Shown: positions 14,156-21,283 of the stretch, one piece after another
How positions within the stretch are numbered: position 1 is the first letter of the stretch
How the letters are laid out: each line of letters starts with the position of its first letter
Assembly (NCBI GenBank): GCA_964459805.1
Contig: CAYWOD010000034.1
Location: 1-21,283 of the forward strand
DNA length: 21,283 bases
DNA from: an uncultured Pirellulales bacterium
GTDB taxonomy: Bacteria; Planctomycetota; Phycisphaerae; Sedimentisphaerales; Anaerobacaceae
Direction of reading: 5' to 3'
Program-made: the position numbers and the translations under genes
Notes under the pieces: generated by a model
What the model was told of the DNA's origin: nothing
Databases searched by the model: none
The model's input: the letters and a program-made list of their open reading frames with translations, nothing else

Positions 14156-16102
14156 TCAATCCAGCTCCTTGATATAGATATTTGCAAACTGCACGCGGTC
14201 GCCGTGGTGCTGCAGGGCAACAGGCCCTTTTTCAGGCATGCCGGGCAGCTTCGCCTCATTGATCACCGTCTTGCCGTTAAGCACAATCGTCACCTTATCG
14301 CCCATCGCCGTAATCACGAATCGGTTCCATCGCCCGACCGGGTTATCGGCATTGAGCATGGGCGTCGCGCCCCTTCGCACCTCCGCCGGCATGTTCTTGT
14401 CCGTGCGATATCCCCATATCTCACCGGAGCCGACAGGCCAGTTCCAGATATTGATCTGACTTTTCGATGATCCCCGCAGGTAAATCCCGCTGTCCCCGGC
14501 GTCCTTCACCGCAACGGTTCGCGGTTTACCGTCGGCATCAACGGCTTCGCTGCCGTCCGGCAAAATCACAGGCGCCTGCTCGATCTTCGGCTCGCCGGGC
14601 AGCCGCCAGTCCACGATGAGAACGAAGTCGCCGAAAGATTCCTGCGTCCAGAGGCTCTTATCGCCCTTTGCTTCGCTCTTTCCATCGTAATCGAGGACCC
14701 AATTCTTCGCCTGCCAATGTCCCTCGTGGCCCGGCGCCATCTTCCACCCGCGGAGGTCCAGCCCGTTGTATAGTATGCGGAAGCCCTCGGCCTTTCTCGC
14801 AACCATCTCAGCAGACGGATTAGAACTCGGCAATCGGCGAATTCGGATGTTGCGGAAATGCACTTCGCTGCCTTCGGATTCCAGACAGATATATCCTTTC
14901 CGCGGATTAGCGTCGTAGGCGCGGGTAACGACTTTTCCGTTGACCGCTAAGCTGATCGCCCCATCCCGGCTCTCGACGCGGTAATGGTTCCACTGCCCCG
15001 CCGGTTTGCAGCGTCGCTCGCTCGGAAGAGACCGCATCCAGCCATTTGGATGAGGTTTGTCCGGTTTCATAGTCGCGCCGTGAATAGCAAATACATCACC
15101 GTCACTGGTGTAGTTTTCAGTATTGCGGCTGTCCAGTATCTGCACTTCGATAGAACGAGTAAACGGCTGTCCAGGTGCGGTAATCGGATCTGAGTGCACG
15201 AATAAACCTGCGTTGCCCCCCTTTTTTATATGCCGCCATTCCAGTTCGAGAGTGTAGTTCTCATACATCTTCTCGGTCCGCAGCACGCCGGTCGGGATCC
15301 CGGTGCAGACGACCATTTCGTCCTTGACCGTCCATGTTTCCGGCGCGCAGTTGACGTTCACCCAGCCGTCAAGGTTCCTCCCGTTGAACAGCGGCACAAA
15401 TTCCGTCTCACTCGCATCGAGGGTCTTTATCACAAGGTTCCGCAGCGTGATAGAGCCGTTGAGGTTCTGGAAGCCGATGTGGCCGGCCAGCGGACGTTCC
15501 GCCAGGGCCGGGCCCTTTTGCTGACGAGCTTTAGTGTGCTGCGAAAGGTCCTCGTCGATAATCTTCTGGCCGTTGAGCACAATCGCCACCCGGCTGCCAC
15601 GACAGGTAATCTCCCACGAATTCCATTCGCCCACCGGCTTGACCACTTCTTTGCTCGGAGCAATCTCGTCGTAAATCGACCCGGTCCGCTGATTGGGCCG
15701 CGAGCTGCCGCTATAGTAAGCCTCCGAATCGACAACCTGAATCTCCATCGCCTTGTACGACGGATCACCATCCGGCGGAAACCGCAATCCTATCCCACCG
15801 TTGCTGCCCCGCGTTACTTGGGTCTCCAGTTTCAGGACGAAGTCGCCGTACTCCTTCGGCGAGATGATCCACGTGCGTTTGCCGAGCCCGTAGAGAACGC
15901 CGTTTTCGATTCGCCACGGCACTCCGGCAACCCTCTGAGGCGTCCTCACGTTCGACCAATCGCTTACCTTCCACCCGGCGAGACTATCGCCCGGAAATAG
16001 CGGCACAAAACCATCGTCAGCCGCCCGCAAGACGGTTGTGCAGCCAACAAGGACCGCGAATCCAACAACGCCAGCGAGAATAAAAGAGTTAATCTGCTTC
16101 AT
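14156..16102 (-). CDS. Secreted protein with three tandem DUF1080 (3-keto-disaccharide-hydrolase-like, LamG-type jelly-roll) domains
   Basis: The track ORF starts at 16246. The ATG at 16102 (MKQINSFILAGVVGFAVLVGC) is preferred because AAGGAG lies 9 nt upstream and a signal peptide follows. Three ~200-aa units each start with (F/G)xPLFNGxxLxGW and end with ...HxGxxVxFRNIxIKxL. This is typical of DUF1080. Confidence 0.82.
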   Translation of the reverse strand: MKQINSFILAGVVGFAVLVGCTTVLRAADDGFVPLFPGDSLAGWKVSDWSNVRTPQRVAGVPWRIENGVLYGLGKRTWIISPKEYGDFVLKLETQVTRGSNGGIGLRFPPDGDPSYKAMEIQVVDSEAYYSGSSRPNQRTGSIYDEIAPSKEVVKPVGEWNSWEITCRGSRVAIVLNGQKIIDEDLSQHTKARQQKGPALAERPLAGHIGFQNLNGSITLRNLVIKTLDASETEFVPLFNGRNLDGWVNVNCAPETWTVKDEMVVCTGIPTGVLRTEKMYENYTLELEWRHIKKGGNAGLFVHSDPITAPGQPFTRSIEVQILDSRNTENYTSDGDVFAIHGATMKPDKPHPNGWMRSLPSERRCKPAGQWNHYRVESRDGAISLAVNGKVVTRAYDANPRKGYICLESEGSEVHFRNIRIRRLPSSNPSAEMVARKAEGFRILYNGLDLRGWKMAPGHEGHWQAKNWVLDYDGKSEAKGDKSLWTQESFGDFVLIVDWRLPGEPKIEQAPVILPDGSEAVDADGKPRTVAVKDAGDSGIYLRGSSKSQINIWNWPVGSGEIWGYRTDKNMPAEVRRGATPMLNADNPVGRWNRFVITAMGDKVTIVLNGKTVINEAKLPGMPEKGPVALQHHGDRVQFANIYIKELD

Positions 16103-16278
16103 CTTAAGGACTCCTTTGCAAATAAACGTTCCGGTCATTTGTCGCTTCTTTACTCTCAACCAAGCAATATGATACCTGAATCGCCCAACAGATGCCAACA
16201 CGTTTTCCAAGCACCCGGCCCACGACAAATGGCAGCCATCATTCATCCTATGACAAAGCAGAGGCTAATAACGGGGCT

Positions 16279-16686
16279 CTACGAGGAGAGAAATGCTTCG
16301 ACTCTTTCTGTGAGTTTCATCAAGTCGCGGGTCTGACATTCCCAGACAATGAGAACCTTCCACCCAAGCCTTCGCAGCTTCCGCAAATTGCGCTTGTCGC
16401 GAGCAACATTACCGCTAAGCTTATTCGTCCAGTAGTCTCTGTGGCTGGCTGGCATGCGATTGCCGCGGTGACAGCGATGTTGGTGCCAAAAGCAACCATG
16501 CACGAAGATGATCTTCCTTGGGCCGGGGAAAACCAGATCTGGATTCCCCGGAAGGTCCCGGCGATGCAATCTGAATCGATGGCCGAGAGAATGCGCCAAC
16601 TTGCGGACGACCATCTCGGGTTCCGTGTCTTCAGAACGGACCTTTCCCATAATAAGTCGGCGCTTCTCAGGAGTTACGGTGTCCAA
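16279..16686 (-). CDS. vsr: Very-short-patch-repair (Vsr) T:G mismatch endonuclease
   Basis: 135 aa. It has diagnostic Vsr blocks: TEPEMVVRKLAHSLGHRFRLHRRDLPGNPDLVFP, IIFVHGCFWHQHRC and WKVLIVWEC. The track start is TTG at 16686. An in-frame ATG at 16650 is an alternative. It lies 4 nt downstream of the preceding gene's stop. Confidence 0.85.
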   Translation of the reverse strand: MDTVTPEKRRLIMGKVRSEDTEPEMVVRKLAHSLGHRFRLHRRDLPGNPDLVFPGPRKIIFVHGCFWHQHRCHRGNRMPASHRDYWTNKLSGNVARDKRNLRKLRRLGWKVLIVWECQTRDLMKLTERVEAFLSS

Positions 16687-16690
16687 AACC

Positions 16691-17671
16691 CTAATCCTCT
16701 GCTGATTTCAGTGCCGCTGGAAGTTCTATTAGGAGCGAATCATCCGTCTCAACTTCCGCAACTCGGCGATTGTATTCTTGAAGGAGACCGGCCAGCTGCG
16801 CGGCGAACTTCGCTGGAGCGAACTCTGCGAGTTCGGACAGATTCTGACCAACAAAAGATTCCAAAGACTCGGCAACAACTTTACTTTGGAGGCTTTCAGT
16901 TTCCAACAATGCGCGTGCTGCTGTGAGTTTGGAATCCACGACCAAAACTACTGCGGACAAACCGTCTTTTACATTTTGAGCACATCGCTTGACATGCCCC
17001 ATGTTTGGCGCTACAGTCACATGGAAGGCTGTGTTCCCAACGTGGTAGTCTCCCGCCCTTCCAGATTGCTCGTCGGCCGCACTGTACGAAGAGTTCCCAA
17101 CTGTAAGGTGAGGGAAGCGGATTGCGAGCTTAGCGCCAACCAGGTGCTGTGCCACGGGGCCTCCCTGGTTGCGCTGCTGTGCCGCAGCCAATATGTCCGC
17201 TATAACGTTGCGTGGCGGTTTGGAGCGATCGAAGGCAAAGCACACTCTTTCGAGGGCGTAGTATGCGTCAAGCGACTCGACAAGAAAACCCTGGAACTCG
17301 TCGAGCAACCGCACACGGTCTGTTTTCGAAAGGGCCGCGAAACCCGCCTGAGACAACGATTCAAGCAGTAATCGAATCGCACGGTTATTTCCTCGGTTGG
17401 TTCTGCCCCCCTCGCTCGGGAACTGGCGCGATTCGCCAAACCGGCGCAATATCTTTCTCAGTGAAGAAAGGTTTAAGCCCGCTATCTGTGCGCCGCCTTC
17501 AGCAAGATGCCCCTCGATGCTCAGTTCACACTTGGTGCGAAGGCGCTCAAGCACGACCAAGGCTGCTGCAACAGCACCTTTGGCGGGTCTTCCTCCGTAG
17601 CGCTTCATTGGCCTAAGGGTGCTATACCAAGATTGAAAGTTCTTTCTTATTTGGGCATCGGCATCAGTCAT
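16691..17671 (-). CDS. Candidate Type II restriction endonuclease (no family assignable from sequence alone)
   Basis: The track ORF is 16691..17776. I prefer the ATG at 17671 (MTDADAQIRKNF...) because it overlaps the MTase stop in an ATGACTGA arrangement, which implies translational coupling. The ~326-aa protein sits between a C5-MTase and vsr. That position is held by the REase in M-R-V systems such as HpaII. A possible D...K catalytic segment reads GDYHVGNTAFHVTVAPNMGHVKR. Confidence 0.5.
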   Translation of the reverse strand: MTDADAQIRKNFQSWYSTLRPMKRYGGRPAKGAVAAALVVLERLRTKCELSIEGHLAEGGAQIAGLNLSSLRKILRRFGESRQFPSEGGRTNRGNNRAIRLLLESLSQAGFAALSKTDRVRLLDEFQGFLVESLDAYYALERVCFAFDRSKPPRNVIADILAAAQQRNQGGPVAQHLVGAKLAIRFPHLTVGNSSYSAADEQSGRAGDYHVGNTAFHVTVAPNMGHVKRCAQNVKDGLSAVVLVVDSKLTAARALLETESLQSKVVAESLESFVGQNLSELAEFAPAKFAAQLAGLLQEYNRRVAEVETDDSLLIELPAALKSAED

Positions 17672-19160
17672 TTTTGGCGTCTCCCAACAAACGTGGCTGG
17701 TTTGCCGCCGCAACCAGCAGATCGAGGTAGTTCTCGGCAATCCAGGTAAGAGCCGGAACGCAGACGGCATCACCAAAACCGAACAGGGCCTGATTCAGCT
17801 TTGCTTTGATGGTGAAATCGTCAGCGCCCATAAGACGCGCGCATTCACGCGGCGTCAGGAGGCGCGCAGCATACGTGCCAAATCCCGCCTTGAACAGTAT
17901 TTGGCGCCCACTGCCGCCTTTTGGGGTGCGTAGACATCCAGCAAGCCCATCAGATCGAAGTTCGGCCATAGAGCGTTTATGCCCTTCTGGTTGGCGGCGG
18001 ACTCTTCGGAAGATCGTCCCGTAGCACCAGTCTTCTTGAGCCATCCAAGCTTTTGCAATCGCCTGGTGGCGAGCGCTCATCTGATTGTAGAGATATTCTC
18101 TTCTTTCCTTTGACCACCATTCGGGGGCACTCTCATCCAAATCGTCGAGGATTTCCGATAGATACAGTCGAGAATAGAGAGGGGGTTCCGGGAGTCCTCG
18201 CAAAGACCACCGGATGTCAGGATGCGACGTTATGAATTCTACGATCGCCGGCGGCCTCGTTCGGCAAGGCACTGCCTCGCCCACATAGCTGGTGCGTTCG
18301 CAATCAAGCATCGAAGCCACCACAAACAATCTGGGACGGCTCTGGGGAACAAACCATTTCGCGTCCAATATCAACGGATCTACGGAATAGCCAAGTTCAT
18401 TCAATTCGAGCATTGCCTGATGAAAATCGTTTCCCCGGTGAGAGGTCAGAAAAGCTGTAACGTTCTCAAGAAGAACCAAGGGCGGCCGACGTTTCCCCAT
18501 CTCTTTGAGTACGCGCACAAAGCCAAAAAAGGATGAAGACTGTCCCCGATTAAGGCCTTTTCTTCCACCGGCTAAAGAGAGGTCTGTGCAGGGAAAGGAT
18601 GCTGTCGCCAGCGTCGCTCCCGGGATTGCCCCAGCGTCAACCTTGTGAATGTCAGAGAGTTCAAAATGTATGTCAGCATCTTGAAAATGCGCGTCATACA
18701 TTTCCCTTTTCTGCGGATCGATATCATTTGCGTACAGCAGTTGCCATCCTCTCTTTTCAAGTCCGAGGCGCACCAAGCCTATTCCTGCGAAGAACTCCAG
18801 GAAAGTCTGGTCAGGTCGCCGGCGCGATGCCTCTTGAATCCCGAGCCTGTACACTCTCTCATTCACGCGCTCAAGAGTCAGAAGGTCCCCCGCTGAGAGG
18901 TTGTGCGAGCGTACAAAATCCTTCACCCAAGCACGTTCCCTGAAAAGCCAGCGCGGCCTCCCCGTACTTCTATCCCTTGGAATATCTGTCCTGACTGGGT
19001 GGGGAAGTCCGTCGGCTACGATCATAACCTGCTTGCCCGATTGAGCTTTTGTTGAGCCCCCGATCGCATCTTTTGGGAAAAACCCTGGTCCACACGGCGC
19101 AATATTGAGATTGCCGTGCTTTTCAGCTGCCGCCGTTAGTTTGATCACGCATGATTCCAT
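17664..19160 (-). CDS. DNA (cytosine-5)-methyltransferase with N-terminal B3/EcoRII-N-like DNA-binding domain
   Basis: The track ORF begins at a TTG at 19316 inside an AT-rich stretch. I prefer the ATG at 19160 (MESCVIKL...) because AAGGAG lies ~11 nt upstream. C5-MTase motifs are present: I FLEFFAGIGL, IV SFPCTDLSLAG, VI LLENV, VIII QSRPR, X GDAVCVP. Residues ~5-115 match the B3 pseudobarrel signature: KLTAAAEKHGNLNI..FFP ... RWLFRERAWVKDFVRSHNLSAGDLLTLER (compare plant RAV1 WRFRYSYW...FVKEKNLRAGDVVSFER). Confidence 0.82.
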   Translation of the reverse strand: MESCVIKLTAAAEKHGNLNIAPCGPGFFPKDAIGGSTKAQSGKQVMIVADGLPHPVRTDIPRDRSTGRPRWLFRERAWVKDFVRSHNLSAGDLLTLERVNERVYRLGIQEASRRRPDQTFLEFFAGIGLVRLGLEKRGWQLLYANDIDPQKREMYDAHFQDADIHFELSDIHKVDAGAIPGATLATASFPCTDLSLAGGRKGLNRGQSSSFFGFVRVLKEMGKRRPPLVLLENVTAFLTSHRGNDFHQAMLELNELGYSVDPLILDAKWFVPQSRPRLFVVASMLDCERTSYVGEAVPCRTRPPAIVEFITSHPDIRWSLRGLPEPPLYSRLYLSEILDDLDESAPEWWSKERREYLYNQMSARHQAIAKAWMAQEDWCYGTIFRRVRRQPEGHKRSMAELRSDGLAGCLRTPKGGSGRQILFKAGFGTYAARLLTPRECARLMGADDFTIKAKLNQALFGFGDAVCVPALTWIAENYLDLLVAAANQPRLLGDAKND

Positions 19161-19459
19161 TTGCAGTAGAACTCCTTTTCGTAAGATGATTATATCACTT
19201 TTTTGGGTAATCCACAAATTTCTTTGAGTTAAAATCTGAAAACAAGAAGATGCCAGTGCAATCACGACAGTGTCGAAACAACAGAAGGGATTTTTTGCTT
19301 GACTTGAGCGGATCAATGGCGAAAATTGGGGTCCGAAGCTCGGCAGCCCCGTAAGGCTGCGTTTATCAGAATAGAAACCGAATTCTTAAACTCTTTGGGT
19401 CCCAAAGTGCGCTGCTGTGCGTTTAGAGGGGCTCTCAAGACAACAAGGGAGATACGACC

Positions 19460-20806
19460 ATGTCCATAGACCGTCGCACTTTTCTAAAAGGCTCAATAGC
19501 GTCCGGCTTGGCGCTGAGTTTCCCCAACATCGTCACAGCCGCCCGGGCAAAAACATATCGCACGGCTTTAATCGGCAGCGGATGGTGGGGAATGAACATC
19601 ACCGGAGAAGCGATTGCCTCGGGCCGCTGCAAAATCGTCGCAATGTGCGATGTTGACGACCACCAGCTGAACCCCGCCGTCGAAAAGGTCAAGGGCCTTA
19701 CCGGTGACACACCCAAGAAGTACAAAGACTTCCGAGAGCTTCTCCAAAAGGAAAAGCCCGATATCGCAATCGTGGCTACGCCCGACCACTGGCATCCTTT
19801 GTGTGCCATCGCCGCAGTCAAGGCCGGCGCGCACGTCTATGTGGAAAAGCCCATCGGCCATACCATCGCCGAGGGCCGCGCAATGGTAAATGCCGCCCGC
19901 GCCGCCAATCGCGTCGTCCAGGTCGGGACCCATCGGCGGATTTCACCGCACTGTATCTCCGGCAGGAAGTTCATCCGGCAAGGCCACGCCGGCAAGATCG
20001 GCTCGGTCCGAGCATTCGTTCTTTACGGCGGCGGACCGGAAAAGCCTAAGAAGAATATGGAGCCGCCGAAAGGCCTGGACTGGAATATGTGGTGCGGCCC
20101 GGCGCCGCTGCGCCCATTCAACGGCAACATCGATAATCCCTGGGGCGGCGGAATCCACCCGAGAGGGTTTCGTCAGTACCTCGACTACGCCAACGGCACA
20201 CTCGGCGACTGGGGCGTGCACTGGGTGGACCAGATCCTCTGGATTATGGAAGAGAAATGGCCCAAAACCGTATATTCGACCGGCGGACGACCGATCAAGG
20301 GACCGCCAATACTCACCGCAGAAGAGCAGACCAGCGACGCGCCGGACCACCAGATCGCAACATACGAATTCGAGAAATTCACCGCGCACTGGGAGCACCG
20401 TAACTTCGCAGGCAACACAGCCGAGAAAGCCGAAAACGTCGGCTGCTACTTCTACGGAACCAAAGGCACCTTCCACATGGGCTGGCAAAGGGGCTGGACC
20501 TTCTACCCACTCGCCAAAGGACAAAAGGAGATTCACGAGGAACCCCGGTTGAACGACCCGGACAGCCAGAACATCAAGGAGCTGTGGGCCGACTTCCTCA
20601 ACGCAATCGAGACCGGCAAACGCCCCGTCTGCGACATCGAGCTAATCCATCGCTCGACGAATATGAGCCTGTTAGGAATGCTTTCGTACAAGCTCGGCCG
20701 AAGCGTAAAGTGGGACGGCGAAAAAGAGACAATCGTCGGCGACAAACCGGCCAACAAACTCCTCCGCCGTAAGTACCGCAAGCCATGGGTCTATCCCAAG
20801 GCTTGA
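19460..20806 (+). CDS. Gfo/Idh/MocA-family oxidoreductase (Tat-secreted)
   Basis: 448 aa. A Tat signal MSIDRRTFLKGSIASGLALSFPNIVTAARA is present. The Rossmann start is YRTALIGSGWWG. The conserved EKP motif reads VYVEKPIGHT. AAGGGAG lies 8 nt upstream of the ATG. Confidence 0.9.
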   Translation: MSIDRRTFLKGSIASGLALSFPNIVTAARAKTYRTALIGSGWWGMNITGEAIASGRCKIVAMCDVDDHQLNPAVEKVKGLTGDTPKKYKDFRELLQKEKPDIAIVATPDHWHPLCAIAAVKAGAHVYVEKPIGHTIAEGRAMVNAARAANRVVQVGTHRRISPHCISGRKFIRQGHAGKIGSVRAFVLYGGGPEKPKKNMEPPKGLDWNMWCGPAPLRPFNGNIDNPWGGGIHPRGFRQYLDYANGTLGDWGVHWVDQILWIMEEKWPKTVYSTGGRPIKGPPILTAEEQTSDAPDHQIATYEFEKFTAHWEHRNFAGNTAEKAENVGCYFYGTKGTFHMGWQRGWTFYPLAKGQKEIHEEPRLNDPDSQNIKELWADFLNAIETGKRPVCDIELIHRSTNMSLLGMLSYKLGRSVKWDGEKETIVGDKPANKLLRRKYRKPWVYPKA

Positions 20807-20859
20807 TAAAACAGGAGTAACCGTTCACAGGGTGATATGTTGAATTTTGCCCGTTTTTC

Positions 20860-21147
20860 GTCATTGCGAACACCTCACCTGATTCTCAGCAGGCATACAG
20901 AGAAGAAAGTAGCCCACGCACGTCATTGCGAAGGAGCGCAGCGACTGCGGCAATCTCAACCCTTACACTGCAAGAACCGGCTATTTTCTTAGGAGGAGCG
21001 AAGCCCGTTTTTTGTCATTGCGAGGAGCGAAGCGACGAAGCAATCTCGAAGTCTGGGATTGCTTCGCTGCGCTCGCAACAGGCTCCGCAATCTCGATTTT
21101 CGAGTGTTTGAGATTGCCACGGCCTTTGAAAAAGGCCTCGCAATGAC
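20860..21147. repeat. Cluster of at least six REP-like repeat copies in alternating orientation
   Basis: Copies: 20860-20896 (37-bp subfamily); 20922-20957 GTCATTGCGAAGGAGCGCAGCGACTGCGGCAATCTC; 21014-21047 GTCATTGCGAGGAGCGAAGCGACGAAGCAATCTC; 21056-21080 inverted partial copy; 21083-21118 GCAATCTCGA...TTGAGATTGC hairpin; 21110-21147 GAGATTGCCACGGCCTTTgaaAAAGGCCTCGCAATGAC. This last one is an inverted copy with its own GGCCTTT/AAAGGCC core hairpin. The cluster generates spurious ORFs 20926..21111(+) and 21015..21197(-). Confidence 0.75.
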
Positions 21148-21283
21148 ACAGAAACGCAATTTATACCCCCTGAACGGTTACAAACGTACTTGATCATCGA
21201 CCCACAACCATTCTCGTGGTAAAAGGCTATGCCTTAATATTAGGTACTCACTCATGATATTGGTAAGGAATAACAACAAAATT

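Noticed and set aside
15230-16000. 256-aa plus-strand ORF (also 15303..15524 and 14204..14470)
   Set aside because: They are antisense to the triple-DUF1080 gene. Their translations are Arg/Pro-rich with no motifs.
16192-16926. 244-aa plus-strand ORF
   Set aside because: It is antisense to the Vsr gene, which has unmistakable Vsr motifs, and to the start of the REase candidate. It is a shadow ORF.
19161-19316. TTG-initiated N-terminal 52 codons of the MTase ORF
   Set aside because: The segment is very AT-rich with promoter-like composition and a hydrophobic nonsense translation. The ATG at 19160 has an AAGGAG upstream and begins the B3-like domain.
19890-20552. 220-aa plus-strand alternative-frame ORF and 19943..20536 minus, 19568..19933 minus, 19435..19821 minus
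   Set aside because: They overlap the well-supported Tat-secreted Gfo/Idh/MocA gene in other frames or on the other strand.
20860-21147. Possible CRISPR array (clustered short repeats)
   Set aside because: The repeats alternate in orientation, vary in length and core, and are not separated by regular unique spacers. No cas genes are present. They are REP/BIME-like, not CRISPR.
20926-21197. Two small ORFs (61 aa on plus, 60 aa on minus) with peptides like HCEERSDEAISKSGIASLRSQ
   Set aside because: They are encoded entirely by the REP-like repeat cluster. They are characteristic translation artefacts of this repeat family, not genes.
1-21283. tRNA/rRNA genes
   Set aside because: I scanned the non-coding spacers for cloverleaf hallmarks (GTTCGAATCC-like T-loops, a 3' CCA in a 7-bp acceptor-stem context) and for rRNA-like conserved blocks. 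I found none. A tRNAscan/Infernal run would be definitive.

Overview
This GC-rich window (roughly 57-58% GC by eye) looks like a Planctomycetota/PVC-type chromosome segment. On the minus strand it carries a Tat-secreted sulfatase translationally coupled (ATGA overlap) to a PQQ-like beta-propeller protein. On the plus strand follow a ThuA-domain protein, an NfeD-family membrane protein, a flotillin/SPFH protein (YqiJ/YqiK-like pair), two tandem HAF-repeat surface proteins and a second Tat-secreted sulfatase. Immediately upstream of the two HAF genes lies the decayed 3' remnant of a third HAF copy. The right half holds two adjacent minus-strand Gfo/Idh/MocA oxidoreductases (one Tat-secreted), a secreted triple-DUF1080 (3-keto-disaccharide-hydrolase-like) protein, and a third Gfo/Idh/MocA gene on the plus strand. 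Between the DUF1080 gene and that last oxidoreductase sits a compact three-gene minus-strand operon that looks horizontally acquired. It encodes a C5-cytosine methyltransferase carrying an N-terminal B3/EcoRII-N-like DNA-binding domain, an unclassifiable ~326-aa protein that is probably the cognate restriction endonuclease, and a Vsr very-short-patch-repair endonuclease. Several intergenic spacers carry a REP-like family of short structured repeats with conserved GTCATTGCGA...GCAATCTC ends. These repeats seed spurious ORFs and over-extend one gene call. A 165-bp AT-rich element with 26-bp terminal inverted repeats sits between nfeD and the flotillin gene. No rRNA, tRNA or CRISPR array is evident. 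Many six-frame ORFs are shadow ORFs typical of GC-rich DNA.
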